This document shows, in pieces, positions 41,701-50,700 of a DNA stretch of 64,000 bases. Origin of the DNA: Camelus ferus (Eukaryota); assembly GCF_009834535.1 (NCBI RefSeq), contig NC_045697.1, positions 25,978,001-26,042,000 on the forward strand, given 5' to 3'. How positions within the stretch are numbered: position 1 is the first letter of the stretch; the number at the start of each line of letters is the position of its first letter. The position numbers and the translations under genes were made by a program. The notes beneath the pieces were generated by a model. That model saw only the letters and a program-made list of their open reading frames with translations. It was not told the origin of the DNA and ran no database searches.

Positions 41701-44700
41701 TTTAACAGGAGGCATTTTCATTAGCAACAGAGGATTGACTATATGAGGGATTACTACACGAGGGCCGTGTAAAACATTAGTAAACGATTCTAACAAAGTT
41801 TGGATAGACTCTTACTTTTGATGTAATATAATCGAACTAAAGATCTCTCAGTGTAGTGTAACCCACGATCAATATTACAGAAGGCATTACTACACACCAG
41901 GGTTGTTCTTGAAATTGATAATGACTCATTGATACAAATGTCTACTGAGGGCCCACTAGGTTCTAAGCCCTGTCCTGAATACCAGGAATGAAGCAGTGAA
42001 CAAGACAGATCATGGCCTTCCTCTCTGGAAGTTCACACTCTTGTGAAAGGAGGAAGGCAATAAAATGTAGTTCTATGTTACATGGTGACAAATGCAAGGG
42101 AATAAATTAAAGCACAAGATGAGGGGCACAGGAAGCGCTATTCTATGTAGCGTAATACAAGTAGCCTCAGAAAGAAGGCAATGGTTAAGCAACAGCTTAG
42201 AAGAGGAAGTGATGTAGCAAGTCAGAAGGGTGGCTGAAGGAAGAGCGCTCCAGGACGCAGAAAGCAGCAGGCGTTGAGGCCAAGGCAGCAGCAGGTTTGG
42301 CACGTTCACGGGACCAGAGCCTGCGGTGCAGCGAGGAGGGAGAGCACAGAAGGAAACAGGACAGAGAGACCAGGGCCAGATGATGCAGGGGCTTCTGGAG
42401 ATCACAAGTACTTTACTCAGCGAGATGGAAAGACTACAGGACATCGGAAACGGACAGACGGGATCTGACTTCCTTGCTGAACGAGTGCTCTGATAACTCT
42501 ACTCAAAATATGACCACAGTCGATCCAGGGAGGTTATGGCAATCATCCAGGTAGACGAAGCGGTGGCCTGTGCCAGAGGGAAAGTGGTGGAGACACTGAG
42601 AATTGGTCAGAATCTAGACAAATTTCCAAAGTTACACTGGTAAGATCTGTTGTTGTGCTAGATGCGAGCGAGAGAAGATTTAACGATGGCTGCACAGTTT
42701 GCAGCCTATTTTATCATAGGAGTCACTCAAAGTACACAGCAGAGAACTTTTAACTCTCATTGCTCTCCCTCCAGACATCAAATGTCCCATGCTCTGCTTT
42801 TAGAAACAAGGAAGATTTCTAAACAGGTAAGTCTATTCACCCAAAACAACTAAGGGAAATTTATATGTTTCTTATCCCAAATCCCTAAGTGTTTTTCACA
42901 CACACACACACACACACACAAAAGCTTTGCAGTTTCTGAGCTGCCACTGGAGGGCTGTACAATGTTGCACAGAAACAGATTTGAAAGGGTGACACACCTG
43001 CCTGTCTCCCGGGGGCTGCAGCCAGCTGATGGACATGAACACAGGGCCTGCAGCCGAGGGCTGGGACTGAAAATGGTCCTGGAAAGGGAATGACCACTTA
43101 GACTTCTTAAGCCTTCTTCTAACTATGAGAACTGCCCACTCAAAATATCACCTGTTTTTTGTACATATCTGCCTGTGTGACCACAGGTGCTAAGGGAACA
43201 TGGGTCATTAGCTCTTATGACCCTCTGAGCAATTCCAGCGGGTCTGCTTGAGGACAAAAGGAATCAGACTAAGTTTTCTTTTGGAGGAGGAGAATTTGAA
43301 AGATGTTATCATTTCCATATAATTAACTTTCAACTAAGAAAATAACAGTATTTCACTGGGAAACCCAGAGGAATTGAAGCCTTAGAGAATTTGTGGGGAA
43401 AAGATGCCAGATTGCCATCCTCTCTAAGCAATGCCAGCGGGCGAAGCGGCAGTTTAGAAAGAGTGATGCTGGTTTCTGGGAGACCAAGGACAGCTGCGTA
43501 TATAGGTCATTCAAAACCTTTCACCAAAAGTGAAGAATTCATCTCTGTTGAGATGTCAATCTATTGTCCTTTCTGTTCTAAACTTTGATTTTGCTTCTTA
43601 ATTAAACTGAAGCAAAGTTTAATTTGGCTTAAGTTCATTAAATCAAAATTTTTATAAGCAAATGTGGTTGATTTCTCAGTTCCCACCAAATAAAAAATAA
43701 TCAACCATTTGTATATATGGAAGGAGGAAAAAAATACACTGAAAACATATTTAGTATCCTGTTAAAGACTCCATACTAAATACATAGACACATATGCTAC
43801 TTACTTTCATATACATATACACACGCACACACACACACACACACACACCTCTACACTCATCTTTAAAGATGTGAGTTGTTACTATGTAAAAATGACTTTC
43901 AATGAAAATAGCATATTCAGTAATTCCATGTGGATAAACTTCAGTTTTCACTGAAGCAGTATTTCTAAGGTTTCAAAAATTAAAGACGTAAGACTTTATT
44001 TAACAAACAATAATTCAAACCAAGGTTCATGAAATTCTTATACTCAGTTTACATCATAAAGATGAACTACACACCACAAAAGGACTTACTGGTCAATTGT
44101 AAACATTGTAACTTTTAAACATGTGTGGGTTGATACATTTTATTTAAATAAAACGTGTCTGTTTAATTTTTCACTGTTACAAGTAAATATGGCTAAACAG
44201 ATTTTCACACAAGTTGGAAGCTTTATTTAGTACGTCTATATTAAAATGAAGACTATGTGGCATATGTGAAATTCAGTAGGAGGAGCCAAGAGGAAGAGCT
44301 AACACCTCAAAGAAACAAGCAATCACCTCAATCACCTCGGGGCAGTGGAGGCCAAAGCATTAGGAAGACCATCCCGATAGCCAGGGTTTTAGGCAATGCC
44401 ATGTGTTTTAAGAAGTACAGGAAGAGAGAATTTGTGATTTCAGATACACTATGGGTAACTTTCTGAATTTCAGGCAATCATTCACAATACATATTTCTAT
44501 ATAAAATACTCTAAGACAGGGGTTGGCAAACTTTTTCTGCAAAGGGCTAGACAGTAAATATCCTAGGCTTCCCGGCCATACAGTCTGCGCTGCCAGGACT
44601 CAAGGCTGCCCTGATGCACACAAACAGCCCTGAGGCAAAATGTAAATGAATGAGAGAGGCTGGGGTGAACAAGACCGCATTTACAAAAACAAGCAGTGGG

Positions 44701-47700
44701 CCAGGTTTAGGTTACAGGCCACACTTTGCCAACCCCAACTCTAGGCTATAGCTCTCGACATTTTTTTTTAACAGCAAGTGAAGTAAGAAACACGTTTTAC
44801 GTTACACCAGGGTGGTATATACATAGGTATGTTTCACACTATGTTACTTACACTTACTGTAAGCAATGCACTTTGATATTTCTTACTCTACTTCATGTTT
44901 GTTTTTTGCTTTGGGGGATTTTGTGGGGGACCATCAGAAACCACTAAATTGATCTGACTAATGGCTAGTGAGTGACTCCTAGTCTGGAAAAAAGCTGCTC
45001 CAGTGGGTACAGCAGCTGGAATGTATCCATTTACTGATTATCCCAAGCAATAATGGAAGCTTGTCAGTGATACGTAAGATTTATTAGATGCTTTCTATGT
45101 GGCATGATGCATTGGTATAAGTTCTAGGAACCGAGCAGTTTAAAAAAAACAAATATTGCCCCATAACAGCTAATACGATCATCATTTATAAAAGGTAAAT
45201 ACTTACATGTGTAAAACAGAGTAACTGTAATACCTACATGCCTCATAAGACTATTGTGAAAATGAACCATTTAGCGGATATCAAGTATTCAGTAGTTTTT
45301 TTCATATCACCGTTATTTAAATAATTAACTACCAAGAAGTACTTTTAAAAATCAAGTTTCGTTATAATCGATACTAAAATAAAAGTAGGCTTTAAAATAG
45401 GGTAAAACTCTAGTTCTTTACTAAATGAAGATGGCCTTACCTACATTACTTAGAAGTAGTGAGGTTTATCGTTCTGATATGTTGATAGTCGATCACAGTT
45501 ATAACTTTTAACTCCTCTGCCTCCCTTCCCTGCCCACCCCCAAAATATCAGAGAAAATTTAAAGGTTTAGGCTCCATCCATAAACCACATGCCATCTTTA
45601 GATCAATATTCACCATCTAGTGACCCACAGCAGATGACACAGGTGAAAAATTTCAAGAAACATAAATGATGCTCCAAAGTCAATACTAGAATGATTATTA
45701 TGCCTGTGTTTTCAGTTAAAACCTGTCATACATAAGCTTTGATAAAACCAATCTTTTCATTGTTAGAAAAATCATTTCTCCACGTTAAACTTTTTGCACC
45801 ATCAAAATAACAGCTAAAGGTGAGCTCCATAAGAGCAGAGATGTTTGTCTACTTTTTTTCACTGCTACATGCTCCCAATTTAGAGGCATCCTTGGCATGT
45901 AGTAGATTCTCACTAAATACTTGTTGCATGAGAGAATACTGAACAATGACTTGTCAAGTGGATTGTTTTAATATTAGGGCATTCAAAAAATTATCATAAA
46001 ATGTTTAAAAAATAACATATTTAAAGACTGCCTGACATTTCTAGCTTAACTGGTTTATTAAATCTTCCGACGTGTCAAAAATTAGTGTCTGTATTTTCAT
46101 AGGGATAAAGAAATAATCTTACCTTCTTTTTCTACTCTAAAAACAAAAGTTCTTTGTGTTGTAACAACTTCAAATTTGTTGTCGCCTTGAACTCGTACTG
46201 TAGATATAGCAGAAAGGGGAATTATTCCTTTTGAATACTTCTCCTGCATTGGTTAGAGAAAAAGATAACAGAAGACATTAAAATAAAATCCCCTTTATCA
46301 AAAACAGAATGGCACAGTATTTACAAGTGCTTTCTCTTTCCTCATTTCAGTCTAAATTTTATAAATCACATGCCAATAGCATATATCCTCAAATACACTT
46401 AATATGCCAGAAAGGAAAATATTAAGTGCCCCTTTTAAGTGGGATATCATTTCAATTTTCTCTTCATCTGGCATTAAGAGGTAATGAATCACATAAGAAA
46501 AATTATACTAGACTAGCAATCCATGGTTCCAAAAAACAGCAGTGTGTTCTTTTAAACAATCTGGTCCAAGTGATTTTACGGTGTTTGCAGGCATCTGCTG
46601 GCCATAACAGGTACTGTAACTAATCCATTTCAAAAGCACAGCTATACACTGTGAACAAGAATATTATCTCAGAAACCAGACTGCTGGATTATATCAATTA
46701 ACCACATTACCCAACGCTCTGATGATAAAGATCTTAATCTCACTGCATTACTTTATGTTTTATACTCCAATGGTGAAAGAGTGAAAAAATGTGGATTCAG
46801 CTGTTTGCAATTGGCATATACATGTTAACAATTTTGCTCAAGAAAGTCATTCTGAAGACTCTTGATAACTTTCTCAGTCTTCATTTTCCTGGACCCTCCT
46901 AAACCATTTGGCACAACAATCACCCAACAATTTCAACTATTTACCAAGAGTGTAATATTTACTGGGCCCTGTGCTGAAAGGAAAATTCAGAGTATTTATA
47001 CATTCAAGTTGCCTCAAAATGAAAAACCAATGAATCTAGGGAGAGAAAAGTTTAAAACTGAGGACAAACCATGGGAAATAAGAGTACAAAGATGAGGATT
47101 GTCAATTCTGCTTACAAGAGGTCAGAGGTTATTTTCACAGAAATCATGACATTTGAGCCTGACCTGAAGAAACCTTAAGTTTAACCAAATAGATAAGTGA
47201 AGGAGTGGAGGGGCTCCTGGCTGGCAAGATTGAATAATAAAAGTATAAAGTAAAGAAAGAAGAGGATTTGTAGTGTAGAGTCAAAAGAGCTAAGTCTGAA
47301 AACACACATCAAAGCCACATTATGGAAGGCCTTGAGTGTCAAAAAACGTTTGGATACAACTTCATGGGGTTTCTTCCAAGATTCCCTTCCATAGCATCAT
47401 CCATGGAGCCATCACTTTTAAGCAGGTCCCAAGAATTTGAAACAACTGGTTAGGAGAAGAACGTACTAAATCATCCCATGCAGAGCACAAATGCCAAGTC
47501 CATATTCCTCCCGGCAGCAAACTCCAGCCCTACATAGCAAACAGGTACAAGTCAGTCACTCTGAGCAACATGGCGGTCTCCTGGGAGCTTTCTCCTCTGC
47601 TAGTTGAAGAGATACACTGTACCATCATGGTACTCCCTCTTAGTTATTTGACAGTTTCTTCTCCTCCACTGCTCTGCTCCAATCTCTCATCCCTGACTTT

Positions 47701-50700
47701 ATGAGTCCATCAAAATCCTATTCACTCTTTAATGCCACCTTAAATAACAACCCAGTGAAGGCTTTCTTTTGTCCTCTCAAGCAGCCAAAATCATGCGAGA
47801 ATCTTCGGGGAGAAGAGGGGGCAACTTCATAGACAAAGAAGACAGACGTCAAAGAATAAGTACTTACAAAATAACTTTTTCTTCTCCTTATTTTCCATTT
47901 TTTTGGCTTTATCTTCTCTAAGAAAATCTCTTCTTACTATTACAACTACCAACTTTGTGTGCAGAGTCCTAAAATCTGTCCCTTTCGTCCTTCTCTGTCC
48001 ATTTCTATAAACTCCACTTCCATATTTTGAATCATCAAGAGTGCATATAACTGTCCCATAAGCACCTCAAACTTTAAAACTGAATTATCTCCTGAAAACA
48101 CACCTTCCCTCTCTATCCGCCCTTTAAACTCACTCTTCCAGTCAATCAGCCTCAAGCAGGAGAGACGTCTACTGGTGCTGATCTTTCTCACCCACACAAC
48201 GTGGGACTCTCCTCCCGTCCACAACGTCAACTTGCTTCCCGCTACTTCCTGGCTCTTTAGGCACATCTTCTTGAGGTTCCCTGAACATATCATGGTTCTT
48301 CTCAATCCAGTGACTCTGCATTCTCTGTCTGTTCTGCAAGGACCAGTTTTTTGTACCCATCTTCACATACTTACTGGCTCTCCGTCTTTCATATTTCAGC
48401 ATATATTGCTCCTGAAAAAAGCCCTTCTGACTAGTCTCTTCTCTCGGGCTCCTCATCCTCACCTGGGCAGATAACCCTCATTTGAGCTAACAGTAACCTG
48501 TACTTTTCCTCTATCGAAATTACTAACTCTAATTGAAATGGTGATTTTTTTTTTATATTTACCGTGTAATTATTGGATTACAATCTTTCCCAATTGACTG
48601 TGTGACCTACATGTATTTTCTTCATCAGCTTTCACAGAATCAGTATTGTATGCATATTTTCTGAATGAATGAATCCTATGTCCAATCAATCACAATTACA
48701 CAAACTCTGACAGCTCATTTTCAGTATTTTTCTAAATTTACTTTTTAACACTTCCGCTGGCCTGTGCAGCCCACACCCTAACAAATTAATGTCTGATTTA
48801 TCGCACACGCTCCTGATTTACCTCCCTGCTTTCAGCTTGTTTTCCTTCTAACCTTTCCTGCATATTATCATTCAAATGTCATAGCTAGAGTTAATAAAGG
48901 CAAGATTTGTGGAGGAGGAGAAAAAGATGGGTTTTGAAGTTTGCACAGGGTTTTCATGGATGGCAATGGCTAATGAGATTAAGATGGAAGAGCAAAACCA
49001 AAGAAGTGAAAACACGAGAAAAGACACACTCAAGGTTTCCACGGTGTGTACCCAGACACAGTTGAAAAAGGTCACTGCAAAGAAATACACGACACGATTG
49101 GCTTAAAAAGAAAACCCAATAAATGCAGGTGAGTTACAAGGCGATGCTGAGCAATGCTTGACACAAAGGGTGCTAGGAATTTTCAGGAGGGAGAGGTCTT
49201 CTCCCCACAGTTGGGCACCCAAGGGACGGGAGGGGCACAGCGCCCTTGGGGACCACAAAAGGGCCTCTCTGGCTGTAAATGTGCAGTGGTTGACACCAGA
49301 AGGTGAAAGGTCCAGAACAGCCAAAAACGTTTCTTTACACTTTACCCCCAAGATGATCCATTCTCAATTGTAGTTTGCCTACGAATTAGAGGAGCTTATA
49401 AAAATACATCTCTAGTGAGATAATCAACTATTTGTGGAATGAAGTGTTACCACTAACCCATTTTTCAGCAGAGAAAAATCAAACAGTGCTGTAGGGAAAG
49501 AGAGGGGAATTTTTAAAATGAGATTTTCCTTCCTTTAGCTCTCTTCAAAGAGATTAAAAAAAAATTCCTTAAAAAATTACAACTCACCTGAATGCCTACA
49601 ATAATGGTGTTTGAAAAGTAAGTACTTACGGAAGAGTAACAGAAAAATAAATAAATACCCCAGAAGTGATCAAAACGTACTTAAAGGGGCGAGATATGAT
49701 GTCACCTTAACCTCAGGAAGTTGCAGTTTCTCTAACGGCTCATTTATAATCTATTTTGAGATTCCAAGACAAATATCGACATTTTTAACATCGTAGAGTT
49801 GATTTTACATTTCTCTTCTAACACACAGTAAAGACAATACAGGGAAAAGAAGTAAAAAACCTAAATGACACCAGGCTCAAAATGGCTGCGTTCTTCAGAG
49901 TGTAAAATTTTCCTTACAGGAAGAAATTTTGAGCCCCTAACACACAGATATCTAGGTCAAGTTTGTCACTTATCTACCACTTGCAGACAATGAAGCGACC
50001 ACGGGGCAACGTTGCCCACAGCTGAGTGAGAATGGGGGTGAGTTAGATTTCTTGGCGGGTGACAAGATATCAAGGCTGGTGGGAGGATGCCGTTTTCAGC
50101 AATACAATGACAAGGCCTTGCTGAGACATCAAAAAGTAACACTGAAGAAAGCAGAAGAAAACGAGGGAAACAGGCAACCCTGCAAACTACTTCCCGAGAG
50201 CCCGACCACATGTTCCTCAAGTGCACATTTACACACGGAAAGACCTGACTACTCACTGCACGTGACCAGGAAAACTGCACATCCAGCTGAGACGGCAGCT
50301 ACGGCCACACCCACGCCTTCTGTTCCCTGGTCTTGAAATGCCACCTTCCCAGTCCACTAATCCATCCCTTTTGCCAGAAGAGTCACAACAGAAGCCATGT
50401 TTCCTTTCAGGAAATACTCATCCCAGTGTTTTTGTTCTTTTGCCAACACAAAACCAATCACGGAATAGTAAAGGAATAAAATGCCACAGGAAATCTGATT
50501 TTTAAAAAAAAATGTTTCATGTCAACCTAAAGGATTTGTAATAATTCATTTTAAGATAAACTTTTATCTCAGTTTCCAACCAAGGCTGCATCATTTTTAC
50601 TGTATTACTGTGGATAGGCATTCATCAACTCACTACAATTTAGATGAGCTTTTTAAAGGACAGAGTGAGTCCAGTTGGGCAGAGATACTAGAAATGTGGA

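Noticed and set aside
42073-42468. ORFs of 123 and 64 aa in a GC-richer stretch
   Set aside because: Inside an L2a
46238-46246. Tandem CAG-GAG-AAG acceptor (NAGNAG) at exon 2
   Set aside because: GAG is rarely used as an acceptor; nothing in the sequence supports use of the distal sites
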